Below, piece by piece: positions 1-10,400 of a DNA stretch of 64,000 nucleotides. This DNA is from an uncultured Bacteroidota bacterium (lineage in GTDB: Bacteria > CLD3 > SB21 > JBBIRG01): the NCBI GenBank assembly GCA_964410965.1, contig CAYPIY010000014.1, forward strand, positions 10,942 through 74,941, read 5' to 3'. Below the pieces are notes generated by a model. That model made no database searches. It had not been told where the DNA came from and saw only the letters and a program-made list of their open reading frames with translations. The position numbers and the translations under genes were made by a program. The first letter of the stretch is position 1. The number at the start of each line of letters is the position of its first letter.

Positions 1-118
1 TCAGTTTCAGCTTTTTCAGTTCACGTACTTTTTTCGGCATATCCCGCCGTCCCTGTGCAAAAGACGAACCCGATATCAGCGCGATGAAAAATATGAGGAA
101 AGTATAATTCAGTTTCAT
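1..118 (-). CDS. partial CDS (N-terminus only, continues past the window start): small secreted/periplasmic protein
   Basis: The reverse-strand ATG at 118 reads MKLNYTFLIFFIALISGSSFAQGRRDMPKKVRELKKLKL, which looks like a signal peptide. It lies directly downstream of the sigma/anti-sigma pair. It is truncated by the window edge, so it is absent from the ORF track. Confidence 0.4.
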   Translation of the reverse strand, partial: MKLNYTFLIFFIALISGSSFAQGRRDMPKKVRELKKLKL

Positions 119-133
119 GGCTTGTCCTTTAAA

Positions 134-772
134 TTATAAAAATTCGGTTTTTGACAATTCTTTCAGAATCTCATCCTGCTCTGATGCTTCGAGTTTCTGA
201 AATTCATCGACCGGTTCGAGATACACGGACTCGGACTCATTGACGCTGCCGTTGAAGTATTCGTCCAGCGAACCGGCTTCAACATCTGACAGGGAAATGG
301 AATTCAGAAATTCATCGGCGGAGAGATATTGTGCGTTCAGCATGGATTCGATGGAATCTTCCGGGTAAACGGAGTACAGCCAGTCGCGGGCGGGCTGAAA
401 GCCCGTGTCATCGGGAATTCGGAAGAATATCAGGAATAAAGCGGCCAGACCCAGAGCCGGGGCGGTGAAGAATGACCAGCGTTTAAAGAGTTTCACATGA
501 CGGCGATGTTCCCCAATCCGGTCGTTCAGCCGGGGATTGAAGGAATTCCAGTAATACGGCGGAGGCTGGACATCCGGAGAATGCGTTTTCAGAAATTCCT
601 GGGTGGCCTGTATCCCGCTCTGCAGATTTGCACAGGCGTCGGCCCAGGCCTTGTCCGTCTGGATAAGCTGACGGATGTTTTTCATGTTCGCTTCGGGTAA
701 ATCATCCGCAAGAAAACGGACCAGCGTATGTTTATCAATCTTTTTCATGGTTCGGCTTTTGTTTGCGTTCAA
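134..772 (-). CDS. single-pass membrane protein, putative anti-sigma factor (assigned by position only)
   Basis: The 212 aa ORF overlaps the stop of the upstream ECF sigma gene. It has one hydrophobic helix (WSFFTAPALGLAALFLIFF) and an acidic C-terminal tail. The more likely start is MKKIDKH at 748. I saw no zf-HC2 motif. Confidence 0.5.
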   Translation of the reverse strand: MNANKSRTMKKIDKHTLVRFLADDLPEANMKNIRQLIQTDKAWADACANLQSGIQATQEFLKTHSPDVQPPPYYWNSFNPRLNDRIGEHRRHVKLFKRWSFFTAPALGLAALFLIFFRIPDDTGFQPARDWLYSVYPEDSIESMLNAQYLSADEFLNSISLSDVEAGSLDEYFNGSVNESESVYLEPVDEFQKLEASEQDEILKELSKTEFL

Positions 773-1307
773 TGTAATCTTTAACTTTATTTAATGCATG
801 AAAATAATTCGCTTTTATGGTTCCTTCCGAATTCCCGGTAATCTTCGCGATGTCGGCATTGCTGAGATCATCCACGTACCGGAGAATGAACACCGTTTTT
901 TGTTTTTCCGGCAGTGCGTCCGTCGCTTCCTGTATCCACTGTTTCATCCGGGACTGGTCGGTGAGCGCGTCGGGAAGCGGCTGGGCTGCGGCAAGGGAGT
1001 CTGTGACGAGTTCGAGGGGAATCCAGCTCCGAAGTTTCATTTTCCGCAAATGCGAGAGCGAACGGTTGATTGCGATTCTTGTCAGCCAGGTATACAGGCT
1101 GCTGTCGCCGCGGAACCCGGATAAATGCTGATACGCTTTCATGAACGTTTCCTGAAGAATATCGTCGGCATCATCATGGTCTTTCACATAACTCCGGATG
1201 ATGGCGTAAAGTCTTTCTCGGTAACGGTTGACGATGTCGATGAAAGCCCTGTCTTTGTCCTTTTCTGATTTTTCCCTGAAAGTCTTTACAAATTCCTGTT
1301 CATCCAT
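735..1307 (-). CDS. RNA polymerase ECF-type sigma-70 factor
   Basis: Region 2 (DDADDILQETFMKAYQHLSGFRGDSSLYTWLTRIAINRS) and region 4 (LPEKQKTVFILRYVDDLSNADIAKITGNSEGTIKANYFHALNKV) signatures are present. The length is 190 aa. Confidence 0.9.
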   Translation of the reverse strand: MDEQEFVKTFREKSEKDKDRAFIDIVNRYRERLYAIIRSYVKDHDDADDILQETFMKAYQHLSGFRGDSSLYTWLTRIAINRSLSHLRKMKLRSWIPLELVTDSLAAAQPLPDALTDQSRMKQWIQEATDALPEKQKTVFILRYVDDLSNADIAKITGNSEGTIKANYFHALNKVKDYIERKQKPNHEKD

Positions 1308-1475
1308 CCGCTTTTCTCATTATTAAAGATCCGTTCAGCATGAATTAGACGCTCAAAGAATAAATGGGTTTAATCCTGTTGAAACTCAGTCTGAATGTAG
1401 TCAATTTGAACGGTAAAAGCAAAAACACTTGGATATAACCGATCCGGAATATATATTGAATGGATTATCCTGTCC

Positions 1476-2564
1476 TTGCCATACATAAAGCGCATGATTA
1501 AAAAACCCTGCAACATCAAGATACAAAGCCGGCATCCGGCCTCGTCTGACCTTTCCTCCGCATCAGGATTTGCAGGCAGTATATCCGATATTGGCGAATT
1601 CGGATTGATCGCCAATCTTGAAAAGATGATCGGAAAAAACAGACGACAAGATGATTCAATAAAACTTGGTGTCGGTGATGATGGGGCGGTAATATCGCCC
1701 GGGAAAAACAAGCAGTTAGTCATGACCGTTGACGGAATGGTAGAGGACATTCATTTCAGCAGAAAGAACAGTGACTGGGAGAGCGCCGGATGGAAAGCAG
1801 CCGCGATGAATCTCAGCGACCTCGCGGCGATGGGTGCTGAACCGCGCTGGTTGCTTGTCAATCTTGTTCTGACAACGGATATGACACTGAAAAACGTTTA
1901 CTCGCTTTACCGCGGGATGCTCGCGTGCGGAAAAAAATTCAGAGCGGCAATTATCGGCGGAAACACGGCGAGGTCGCATAAGGAATGCTCCGTTACCGTA
2001 ACCGCGATCGGCGAGGTAAATAAGAACAAATTCCTGCGACGTTCGGGCGCGAAAGAGGGCGATGTTATCGTTCTTACGGGACACCTCGGCCTTGCCGCGG
2101 CCGGACTTATGCTGCTGAATTCAAAACATTGCCCGAAAAATTCTGTCCTTGTCCGAAGTCAATTACGGCCGGTTCCGCGCGTACATGAAATTCAGAAAAT
2201 TATTCATCATAAGATTCACATTCACGCCTGCATTGATATCAGCGACGGTTTCGCTTCCGATCTCGGTCACGTCTGTGAAGCGTCGAATCTCGGCGCCGAA
2301 CTCGATGAATCCATGATACCCGTCCATCCGGGACTGAAAAAAACATCGGAACTATTTTCGGTCAATCCGTATGATTTAATATTTTATGGCGGCGAGAATT
2401 ACGAGCTGCTGTTGACCATGACCGAAAAGGAATTCAGTAAAGCGAAAATAATTCTTCCTCAATTGTACACAGTCGGATATATGACGTCTCACAGAGGCAT
2501 CCGAATAAGAACGAAAAATCATCAATTAACAAACATACAACAAACAGGATTTCGCCACTTTTAA
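1476..2564 (+). CDS. thiL: thiamine-monophosphate kinase
   Basis: It carries the AIR-synthase-related N-terminal motifs GEFGLIANL...GVGDDGAVI...VMTVDGMVEDIHF and AAMNLSDLAAMGA. The N-terminal 30 or so residues look like an over-extension, so the true start is uncertain. Confidence 0.8.
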   Translation: MPYIKRMIKKPCNIKIQSRHPASSDLSSASGFAGSISDIGEFGLIANLEKMIGKNRRQDDSIKLGVGDDGAVISPGKNKQLVMTVDGMVEDIHFSRKNSDWESAGWKAAAMNLSDLAAMGAEPRWLLVNLVLTTDMTLKNVYSLYRGMLACGKKFRAAIIGGNTARSHKECSVTVTAIGEVNKNKFLRRSGAKEGDVIVLTGHLGLAAAGLMLLNSKHCPKNSVLVRSQLRPVPRVHEIQKIIHHKIHIHACIDISDGFASDLGHVCEASNLGAELDESMIPVHPGLKKTSELFSVNPYDLIFYGGENYELLLTMTEKEFSKAKIILPQLYTVGYMTSHRGIRIRTKNHQLTNIQQTGFRHF

Positions 2565-2577
2565 CCCGGAGAGATTT

Positions 2578-3798
2578 ATGGAAGAAAAATATGGCATGGA
2601 CTTCATGCACAGCCGTTTCCCGCGCATCCAGGAAGCGATCAAGACTAACGGTATAGACGGCTGGCTGTTATACAGTTTCCGTCATAACAACCCGATCGTG
2701 AAAAAAGTACTCGACCTGCCCCCGCATCTCGTCCAGGGCCGGCGGTTGTTTTATTTCATTCCCGCCGAAGGCATGCCGCAGAAACTGGTTCACGGCATCG
2801 AACGCGGAGCCTTGGACACGGTTCCGGGCGACCGCACGATATTCTCAAGCTGGCAGGAACTGGAAGCCGGGTTAAAAAAAATAACCGGAGGCGCAAAAAA
2901 AATCGCCATGGAATATTCACCCGAATGCCAGATCCCCTACATCTCCATCGTGGACGCGGGCACGATCGAACTTGTCCGAAAGGCTACCGGCGCGACCATC
3001 GTCTCCTCCGCCGACCTGATCCAGCAGTTCGACGCCACCTGGGACGATGAACAGCTGATGCTCCATCTTGACGTATCCAAAGCCCTGATGGTCATCCAGA
3101 AAGAAGCGTTCGACATGATCCGCGATAAACTCAAAGCAAAAGCGAAAGTCACCGAATACGACGTTCAGCAGTTTATCCTGAAACGGTTCAAGGATAACAA
3201 TCTGGTAACCGAGCATCTGCCGAACTGTTCCGTGAAAGAAAATTCCGGCGACCCGCATTATGAGCCGTTACCGGACTCAAGCAAGGAAATCGTCGCCGGC
3301 GATCTGATCCTGATTGACTTATGGGCGAAGAAAAACGTTGCGCGGGGAGTGTACGCGGATTATACCCTGATGGGTTATGCCGGTGATGCGGTGCCCGAGA
3401 AATATGAAAAAATTTTCCAGGTCGTCAAAGGCGCTCGGGACGCTGCGGTCAGTTTCGTCAAAGACACCCTTCGGCAGGACAAACCCCTCTACGGATGGCA
3501 GATCGACGATGTGTGCCGGAATTACATCAAAGAACGCGGATACGGCGAATATTTCATACACCGCACAGGCCATTCCATCGGCGAGGAAGTTCACGGCAAT
3601 GGCGCGAATCTCGATAATCTGGAGACAAAAGACAACCGGCGCATTCTCCCGCGGACCTGCTTCTCGATCGAACCCGGTATTTATTTCGTCGGCGATTTCG
3701 GCGTGCGGAGCGAGATTAACGTTTACATTACCGACAAAAACGACGCGCTGGTAACCGGCACTCCGCTTCAGCAGGAAATTCTGGCTATTATGAAATAA
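2578..3798 (+). CDS. M24 family metallopeptidase (Xaa-Pro aminopeptidase-like)
   Basis: The C-terminal pita-bread fold motifs DLILIDLWA, HRTGHSIGEEVHG and FSIEPGIY are present. Confidence 0.85.
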   Translation: MEEKYGMDFMHSRFPRIQEAIKTNGIDGWLLYSFRHNNPIVKKVLDLPPHLVQGRRLFYFIPAEGMPQKLVHGIERGALDTVPGDRTIFSSWQELEAGLKKITGGAKKIAMEYSPECQIPYISIVDAGTIELVRKATGATIVSSADLIQQFDATWDDEQLMLHLDVSKALMVIQKEAFDMIRDKLKAKAKVTEYDVQQFILKRFKDNNLVTEHLPNCSVKENSGDPHYEPLPDSSKEIVAGDLILIDLWAKKNVARGVYADYTLMGYAGDAVPEKYEKIFQVVKGARDAAVSFVKDTLRQDKPLYGWQIDDVCRNYIKERGYGEYFIHRTGHSIGEEVHGNGANLDNLETKDNRRILPRTCFSIEPGIYFVGDFGVRSEINVYITDKNDALVTGTPLQQEILAIMK

Positions 3799-3830
3799 AT
3801 TCGTTATACTCCGTTATCAGTTATTGATCA

Positions 3831-3872
3831 CAGGCTTTGAATCATCCGGATTCAAAGCCTGATTTTTAATTC
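3831..3872 (+). terminator. rho-independent terminator after the M24 peptidase gene
   Basis: A perfect 13 bp stem (CAGGCTTTGAATC / GATTCAAAGCCTG) with a 5 nt loop is followed by ATTTTT. Confidence 0.75.
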
Positions 3873-3993
3873 AGTCCGCCGTCCGGTGAATGGCGGTCGG
3901 ATAGTTTTTTTTAATTCGCCCGAACCAAGACACGCTATTATTTATTCTTTGTGCCTTTGAGTCTTCGTGGCGAGATAGGATAAGGAACAGAAC

Positions 3994-4467
3994 ATGAGCA
4001 AACAGTATTTCACACCCGAAGGCTTGCGCAAGCTGAGGGAAGAAGTCGAACATCTTAAAAAAGTGAAACGGCCGGAGATCGCGAACCGCGTGCAGATCGC
4101 CCGGGAACATGGTGATTTGAGCGAGAACGCAGAATACCACGCCGCGAAAGAGGAACTCCAGCTTCTGCAGAACCGGATCAATGAGATGGAAATGCGGATC
4201 ATGAACGCGACAATCATAAACGAGGACGACATCCCCCAGGACAAAGTATACATTCTCGCGACCGTGGAACTGCAGAACATGAAGACGAAGGATAAAGTGA
4301 CGTATACGCTTGTCCCCGACTCCGACGCGGACTGGGAAAACGGGAAGATTTCCGTGAATACACCGATCGGCAAAGGATTATTAGGCAAGGGCGTGGGCGA
4401 GATCGCGACGATTACCGTTCCAGCGGGTGAACTGAAATTAAAAGTGCTGAAAATTACACGAGAATAA
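3994..4467 (+). CDS. greA: transcription elongation factor GreA
   Basis: The sequence TPEGLRKLREEVEHLKKVKRPEIANRVQIAREHGDLSENAEYHAAKEE is the canonical GreA N-terminal coiled coil. The length is 157 aa. Confidence 0.95.
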   Translation: MSKQYFTPEGLRKLREEVEHLKKVKRPEIANRVQIAREHGDLSENAEYHAAKEELQLLQNRINEMEMRIMNATIINEDDIPQDKVYILATVELQNMKTKDKVTYTLVPDSDADWENGKISVNTPIGKGLLGKGVGEIATITVPAGELKLKVLKITRE

Positions 4468-5175
4468 TTATTTAATAATGACCTGACTATTATCAATCGC
4501 AATATCGTTAAAATTTTTCCCTGATAATTCCACCCCAGTATTCTTTTTCAGTTTCTCGACTGTGGTGCCGAGCTTGTCGGCCAGTTCACCAAGCGTCATC
4601 TGCATCTCACCGATATTGACTTTCGCGTCCGACTCGAAATTCAGTTTCCCTTTTTCCATCACGGGCTTTCCCTCGACGGAGATATGAACTTCCTTGTCTT
4701 TCAGGAACGGAAATACTTTTGTCGCGGTTTGCACAAGTTCTTTTCCGTTTCCGGTTAACGACTGATCGGACAATTTCGTCAAATCGACGACCGCACCGGT
4801 CTCAATGGAATTGGGATTGATCTTCAGATGCGTGGCCTTGACAGACTTCATCAGCGAGTCGCCGTCCCCGCGCTCCATCATCTGGCCGAGCATCAGGTCA
4901 TGCAGTTCCTCCGCGTTCAGTGAAACCGGCTTGGTGACGGCTTGTTTTTTAGTCACTCGACCGGCCTGATCGATTTTTTCCCTCACGATTTTCGAACGGT
5001 TGTCGATGGCATCCTTGTCAAATTCACGACGGAACACTTCGCGTTCGGTGTTCACCTGAAGTTTGGGCTGTTGATACCATTCAGGCAACGTTGTGATTTT
5101 ATCAATATAATAATAGACGACGCATAATGCGGCGACAAGTATGACGAGCAGAATGAGCAGAATTTTTTTAAACAT
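4468..5175 (-). CDS. hypothetical N-terminally anchored membrane protein
   Basis: The 235 aa ORF has an N-terminal TM helix (ILLILLVILVAALCVVYYYI). I recognised no family motif. Confidence 0.55.
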   Translation of the reverse strand: MFKKILLILLVILVAALCVVYYYIDKITTLPEWYQQPKLQVNTEREVFRREFDKDAIDNRSKIVREKIDQAGRVTKKQAVTKPVSLNAEELHDLMLGQMMERGDGDSLMKSVKATHLKINPNSIETGAVVDLTKLSDQSLTGNGKELVQTATKVFPFLKDKEVHISVEGKPVMEKGKLNFESDAKVNIGEMQMTLGELADKLGTTVEKLKKNTGVELSGKNFNDIAIDNSQVIIK

Positions 5176-5308
5176 GGAATCTTTCCTTTAAACACTCTTT
5201 GATTACTTACAGCTTATCACTTAAACTAATAAAATTAATTTGCATTTCAATATGATTTTAAATAGCTTTGCCGCGTCATTTTTATCACTACTTCCAAAGG
5301 AATTATAC

Positions 5309-8212
5309 ATGAAACATTTAATGTACTCTCTGTCCGTTCTTGCGATTCTGCTGGTTTTCGTATCCGCGATTTCATCCGTCTTCGCACAGGGAAAGTTGAG
5401 TTCGAGGGTTGCTATGGCATCCGGGCATGAAGATCAGCTGCTGGTATGGATCACGTTTAAAGACAAAGGTACTCTCGCCGCGAAATATTCAGAAGCCACG
5501 CGGAACGTTTCCCCGCGCGCGATTCAGCGCCGTTCCAAAATGATGCCGCTTGATAAACTCATCGATGATAAAGACTATCCCGTAGAATCATCCTATATCA
5601 CGCAAGTCGAACGGACTGGCGTTACAATCCGCCAGCAATCGCGCTGGTTCAACGCCGTCAGCGCGCAGGTGAGCAAAGAACAACTTCGCGAACTGGAAAA
5701 ATTAAATTGCGTCGCGAATATCGACCTGGTGATGCGGTTGAAGAAAAGCGCGAACGATATTGAATTCAAGTCTTCCGGCGACAAAAGCTCAACGGTTACA
5801 GGAAAATCGACAGGAATAGAAACCATCGATTACGGAACTTCGTTCACGCAGAACAACCAGATCAGCGTGCCCGCGGTGCATAATCTTGGCATTTACGGGC
5901 AGGGCGTAATGATCGCGGTATTCGACGCGGGTTTCAACAATCTCGGGCATGAGGCGTTCGACAGCATGAATATTGTCGCTACGCACGACTTCGTGAACGG
6001 CGACAGCAGCGTGGCGGACGATCCCGGGCAGATGGGCGAAGGCAGTCACGGCACGAATACATTATCGGTATGCGGAGGCTACAAACCGGGACAGCTGGTC
6101 GGACCGTCGTTCCGCGCATCGTACGTGCTGGCCAAGACCGAGAACACCGAAAGTGAAACGCCGTTGGAAGAGGACAACTGGATCGCCGCGATCGAATGGG
6201 CGGAAGGATACGGCGTGGACATCATCAGCAGTTCTCTCGGCTATATCGGCATGGACGCCGGTTCCGCATACAGTTATGACTGGACATGGATGAACGGCGA
6301 TTCCTGCAAAATAACCAAAGCGGCGGACATGGCAACCTGGCGGGGCGTAGTGGTCGTGAATTCCGCGGGCAATGAATACGACGATCCCAGCCATAATACA
6401 TTAGGGGCTCCTGCGGACGGCGATACGGTAATCGCGGTCGGTGCGGTTTATTCAGACGGATCCCGAGTTGGTTTCAGTTCTGTCGGCCCGACAGTGGACG
6501 GACGCATCAAACCGGACGTGATGGCGATGGGTTCCGGCGTAAAAGCCGCTTATGGAAGCCCTGGAGCCACGGGTTATGAAAACGTTGACGGAACTTCGTT
6601 TTCCTGTCCCCTGACGGCCGGGGTTTGCGGATTGATTTTATCCGCTAATCCGAATCTCACCCCTTATCAAGTCCGGGAGGCCTTGCGCAATACGGCCTCG
6701 CAGTCAGGATCACCGGATAAATATTTCGGCTGGGGCATCGCGAACGCGCTGAACGCCGTGAATTATTACCGCGCGGTCATCATACATACACCCATGACGG
6801 ATACCGAAGACCTGACGGGCCCGTATCCCATCAATGCGACGATCACCTCAACCATGGCAATCGATTCAGTTGTGCTCGTATATGGTACGGACGGCTCATT
6901 CGATCAGACCGTTAACATGAGTCATACCGGAAACAATTATTTCGCTAACATTCCCGGGACAGGCGTACCCACGAATTATAATTATTATATCAAAGTCAAA
7001 AATACGATGGGCTTGATCAGCTATGAGCCGAAGAACGCTCCGGCGGTTTATCATTCGTTCACCGCTTCGGCCGATACGGTAAAGCCGGTGATCACACACA
7101 CGCCCATTCCCGCCGCGGTGATTTATTTCCTGCCCGTCCAGATTACCGCGACGATTACCGATAATATCGGCATCGACAGCGTGTGGGTGGAATACGAGAT
7201 CAATCATGCGCCGTTCTCATCCTTCCCGATGACAACCTCCGGAGGGAATATTTTTAACGGTTCATTCAACTTCAGCGAAGGACAGGTGACTGCCGGAGAT
7301 ACCGTTTCGTACCGGATATGGGCACGCGACCTGTCATCCAATCAGAATGTGAAAACGTCGCCGGACGAATCGTCGTTCTTTCATTTTCCGATTACTACAG
7401 ATACGGGTTATGTCACGGTGTTCTATGATGATTTCACATCGGGCGCCGGCAACTGGACAATCGCGAATAACGGAGGAACCTGCCTTTGGGAAATTCAGGG
7501 TCCATCCTATCCCAATGAATATACTTTACCGGTTACTTCCTCAGGCAACGTGATGGCCGCCGACGCCGATGACTGCGGTTCCGGCGGATCGCTTTTATCC
7601 GATCTGATACTGACAACCGGGGTGGATGTTTCTTTTGATTCCGTTCGTCTGGAGTTTGATTCGGACTGGAATAATTATGTCTCTTCTGACACAGCAATCG
7701 TTTATGTTTCCGCGGGTGCCGGAATATGGCATCGTATACTGACTTATTCAGCGGATTTCCGCAATACTCATGTTAAATTGGACGTCACTTCACAACTTCG
7801 CGGATCGAACCAGGCTAAAGTCCGTTTCCGTTCCATTCAGCCCGGATATGATTGGTGGTGGGCAATTGACAATGTCAAGTTGTCCGTACGGGGTCCGCGT
7901 GTTCTAGATGCGAATATATACCAGAATACCCCGAAAATATTCGCGCTTGAACAGAATTACCCTAACCCGTTCAACCCCGCCACGACGATCCGTTATCAGA
8001 TTCCCGCAAGCGAAAAAGTTTCGCTGAAAATTTACAACACACTCGGACAGGAGGTACGAACGCTCGTTAACGCTAAGCAGAATGCCGGAGCGTATTCGAT
8101 ACAGTGGGACGGAAAAGACACGCAGGGACGGGCGGTGTCCAGCGGAATTTATATTTACCGTTTGAAAGCGGGAAGCAATGTAAAATCACAGAAGATGATG
8201 CTGATACGGTAG
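5309..8212 (+). CDS. S8 (subtilisin) family serine peptidase with T9SS C-terminal sorting domain
   Basis: The catalytic triad contexts are IAVFDAGF (Asp), SHGTNTLS (His) and GTSFSCPLTAG (Ser). The signal peptide begins at MKHLMYSLSVLAILLVFVSAISSVFAQ (ATG 5309), and the 5240 start in the ORF track is probably spurious. The C-terminus is NYPNPFNPATTIRYQIP...GIYIYRLKAGSNVKSQKMMLIR. Confidence 0.9.
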   Translation: MKHLMYSLSVLAILLVFVSAISSVFAQGKLSSRVAMASGHEDQLLVWITFKDKGTLAAKYSEATRNVSPRAIQRRSKMMPLDKLIDDKDYPVESSYITQVERTGVTIRQQSRWFNAVSAQVSKEQLRELEKLNCVANIDLVMRLKKSANDIEFKSSGDKSSTVTGKSTGIETIDYGTSFTQNNQISVPAVHNLGIYGQGVMIAVFDAGFNNLGHEAFDSMNIVATHDFVNGDSSVADDPGQMGEGSHGTNTLSVCGGYKPGQLVGPSFRASYVLAKTENTESETPLEEDNWIAAIEWAEGYGVDIISSSLGYIGMDAGSAYSYDWTWMNGDSCKITKAADMATWRGVVVVNSAGNEYDDPSHNTLGAPADGDTVIAVGAVYSDGSRVGFSSVGPTVDGRIKPDVMAMGSGVKAAYGSPGATGYENVDGTSFSCPLTAGVCGLILSANPNLTPYQVREALRNTASQSGSPDKYFGWGIANALNAVNYYRAVIIHTPMTDTEDLTGPYPINATITSTMAIDSVVLVYGTDGSFDQTVNMSHTGNNYFANIPGTGVPTNYNYYIKVKNTMGLISYEPKNAPAVYHSFTASADTVKPVITHTPIPAAVIYFLPVQITATITDNIGIDSVWVEYEINHAPFSSFPMTTSGGNIFNGSFNFSEGQVTAGDTVSYRIWARDLSSNQNVKTSPDESSFFHFPITTDTGYVTVFYDDFTSGAGNWTIANNGGTCLWEIQGPSYPNEYTLPVTSSGNVMAADADDCGSGGSLLSDLILTTGVDVSFDSVRLEFDSDWNNYVSSDTAIVYVSAGAGIWHRILTYSADFRNTHVKLDVTSQLRGSNQAKVRFRSIQPGYDWWWAIDNVKLSVRGPRVLDANIYQNTPKIFALEQNYPNPFNPATTIRYQIPASEKVSLKIYNTLGQEVRTLVNAKQNAGAYSIQWDGKDTQGRAVSSGIYIYRLKAGSNVKSQKMMLIR

Positions 8213-8397
8213 TTTATTTTACCCGCGAAGGACGCGAATAATACAAAGAAAAATCAGATATATAAAAACCACAGAGATCACAGAGGACAAAGAAGAATAA
8301 CTGAATTTACAAATCAAAGACCACTGCGAACTCTGCGGTTAAATTGTTCGCCTGATTCGCGGGCAGGTTTCAGAGGGCTTAGAGTTTATTAACATTA

Positions 8398-8432
8398 CCG
8401 CTCGTAAATAATTCGGGCGGTTTTTTTTTGCG
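8398..8432 (+). terminator. rho-independent terminator after the S8 peptidase gene
   Basis: The ACCGC...GCGGT hairpin is followed by a T9 run. Confidence 0.55.
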
Positions 8433-8441
8433 ACCTTTTTC

Positions 8442-8470
8442 TTGATTTGTATGTCTTGGAAGTGTATTAT
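8442..8470 (+). promoter_or_regulatory. candidate sigma-70 type promoter for rlmN
   Basis: TTGATT, a 17 nt spacer, then TATTAT, ending 6 nt before ATG 8477. This would make the mRNA nearly leaderless and makes the 8447 start implausible. This is a motif match only. Confidence 0.3.
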
Positions 8471-8476
8471 CTGCCC

Positions 8477-9529
8477 ATGATGAACGATATTAATCAAAAA
8501 ACAAAACTTTTCGGAATGTCAATTCCTGAACTCACCGAGTGGTTTGAAACCATCGGCGAAAAGAAATTCCGAGGAGCGCAGGTGTTCCAGTGGCTCTATA
8601 AATACGGCGCGGAAACTTTTGACGATATGACCGATTTGTCAAAAAATCTCAGAAACACGCTTCATGACGCCGCCGTAATTCAAAAACTCAAACCGCTGCA
8701 AACCGTAGCCACGAATGACGATGAACGGGAAACAACAAAGAAGATATTATTTGAATTGCCCGACGGCCTGCGGGTCGAATCCGTTTATATCCCGGATGAA
8801 GGCCGTAAAACGGTCTGCCTGTCCACACAGGTCGGATGCAGTCTCGGCTGCCGGTTCTGCGCGACGGGAACCATGGGATTGATGAGGAATCTGTCCACGG
8901 GTGAGATGGTTGACCAATTAGTGCATATGCGTAAATACACCGATCCGGACATCACAAATATCGTATTCATGGGCATGGGCGAACCGTTCCAGAATTACGA
9001 CAACCTGATTGCCGCCTGTGAAATCGTCACCCACCAGAACGGGCCGTGCGTCGGGAAAAAGAAAATCACCATCTCCACGGCGGGCCTGGTTCCGGAAATC
9101 ATGCGGTTTGCCGAAGAACGCCAGCCGTACAGCCTCGCCGTCAGCCTCAACGCCACCAACGATGAACAGCGGAAATCGATTATGCCGGTCGCCAAAAAGT
9201 ATCCGCTCGACGCGCTGCTGGACAGCCTGAAATATTATAATTCGTTCAACCGCAACCGCGTCACGCTGGAATATGTCCTGATCGCCGGCGTCAACGATAC
9301 CCCGGAAGATGTCGGACGGCTGAAGAAAATCGTTTCCTATATCGGCCGCTGCAAGGTGAACGTCATTGTGTTCAATCCCGTGGAGCATTCGGAATTCCGC
9401 CCGCCGGATGAATCAACGATCGAACGGTTCATGCGGGAATTATCCGTTATCAACAGCCCGCTGACGCTCCGGAAATCGAAAGGAAGCGATATATCCGCGG
9501 CCTGCGGCCAGCTGGCGGTCAAATCATGA
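8477..9529 (+). CDS. rlmN: 23S rRNA/tRNA adenine-C2 methyltransferase RlmN (radical SAM)
   Basis: FRGAQVFQWLY, the radical SAM cluster CSLGCRFCATG, the GMGEP motif and a C-terminal GSDISAACGQL are all present. Confidence 0.9.
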   Translation: MMNDINQKTKLFGMSIPELTEWFETIGEKKFRGAQVFQWLYKYGAETFDDMTDLSKNLRNTLHDAAVIQKLKPLQTVATNDDERETTKKILFELPDGLRVESVYIPDEGRKTVCLSTQVGCSLGCRFCATGTMGLMRNLSTGEMVDQLVHMRKYTDPDITNIVFMGMGEPFQNYDNLIAACEIVTHQNGPCVGKKKITISTAGLVPEIMRFAEERQPYSLAVSLNATNDEQRKSIMPVAKKYPLDALLDSLKYYNSFNRNRVTLEYVLIAGVNDTPEDVGRLKKIVSYIGRCKVNVIVFNPVEHSEFRPPDESTIERFMRELSVINSPLTLRKSKGSDISAACGQLAVKS

Positions 9530-9557
9530 GTTTTTCCGTTTCTTCCGGACATCATCC

Positions 9558-10298
9558 GTGAAAGCAACCCGCAAAGTGCTCGCCCGGTTCCTCGCCTGTG
9601 CTGTCGCCGCCTGTACGATTCTCGCAGTCGTTTATTTCTTTTTGATCATCAGCCCTTCAATCCTGTTTACCTGCCGGACAGAGGTCGGAAATTGCCGGAT
9701 TTATTCAAACGAAAGCTTCCCAGCCGATTCAATGATCGTATACTCGTTGCAAAAACTCAACCGTTCCGGGCTTATGCGGGACGATACGCATTTTGACATT
9801 TTTATCTGTGACAATTATTCCCTGTATACATTTCTCGCGCCGGCCAGCCGGAATTCTTTCGGCGTACACTACCCCGTGACCGGAAACATCATTTTGACGA
9901 AATCGGATCTTCAGTGCGGGACCGTCACCCGAAACGGAACGGACAATAACATACGCTCCCTCGAAAGTGTACTGGCTCATGAAATGACCCACCGCCTGAT
10001 CGAATCCGAATTCGGATTCTGGAAAACCCGCTTCATGCCGGCCTGGAAAGAGGAAGGCTTCTGCGAGTATATCGCCGGGGCCAGTTCCTATGATGTAAAG
10101 GAAGGTTTGAAAATATTTGCATACGGAAAAGACGACGGATCCCTTTCCTATCGGTATTTTACATACCGGCTTTTTGTGACCTGCCTGACGGAACGGAAAG
10201 GCCTGACCATACGGCAAATTGCAGAACGGGATTTTGATCTTGAACAGCTCAGTGATGAAATCCGATCCTTGATCCGTGAGCAGGGTTTTACCCTTTAA
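9558..10298 (+). CDS. hypothetical membrane-anchored protein with HExxH zinc-metalloprotease-like motif
   Basis: It has a GTG start, an N-terminal TM helix and the motif LAHEMTHRL. I recognised no further family. Confidence 0.5.
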   Translation: MKATRKVLARFLACAVAACTILAVVYFFLIISPSILFTCRTEVGNCRIYSNESFPADSMIVYSLQKLNRSGLMRDDTHFDIFICDNYSLYTFLAPASRNSFGVHYPVTGNIILTKSDLQCGTVTRNGTDNNIRSLESVLAHEMTHRLIESEFGFWKTRFMPAWKEEGFCEYIAGASSYDVKEGLKIFAYGKDDGSLSYRYFTYRLFVTCLTERKGLTIRQIAERDFDLEQLSDEIRSLIREQGFTL

Positions 10299-10400
10299 CC
10301 TCATTCCTGAAAAACTAATCTGCTTGACATTTCGGGTCATTTAATATATGTTTGTACCGTTTTTATAACGATATGAACAACCTTATTCCAGGATAATAAT

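Noticed and set aside
5240-5308. The ORF track gives upstream start codons for the S8 peptidase (5240), DUF1015 (20847), the giant T9SS protein (25399, a TTG) and rlmN (8447).
   Set aside because: In each case a downstream ATG gives a canonical N-terminus: a signal peptide, or the conserved family N-terminus MAIIRPF. The extension lies in AT-rich promoter-like sequence. For 25432 there is also a clear AAGGAG site.
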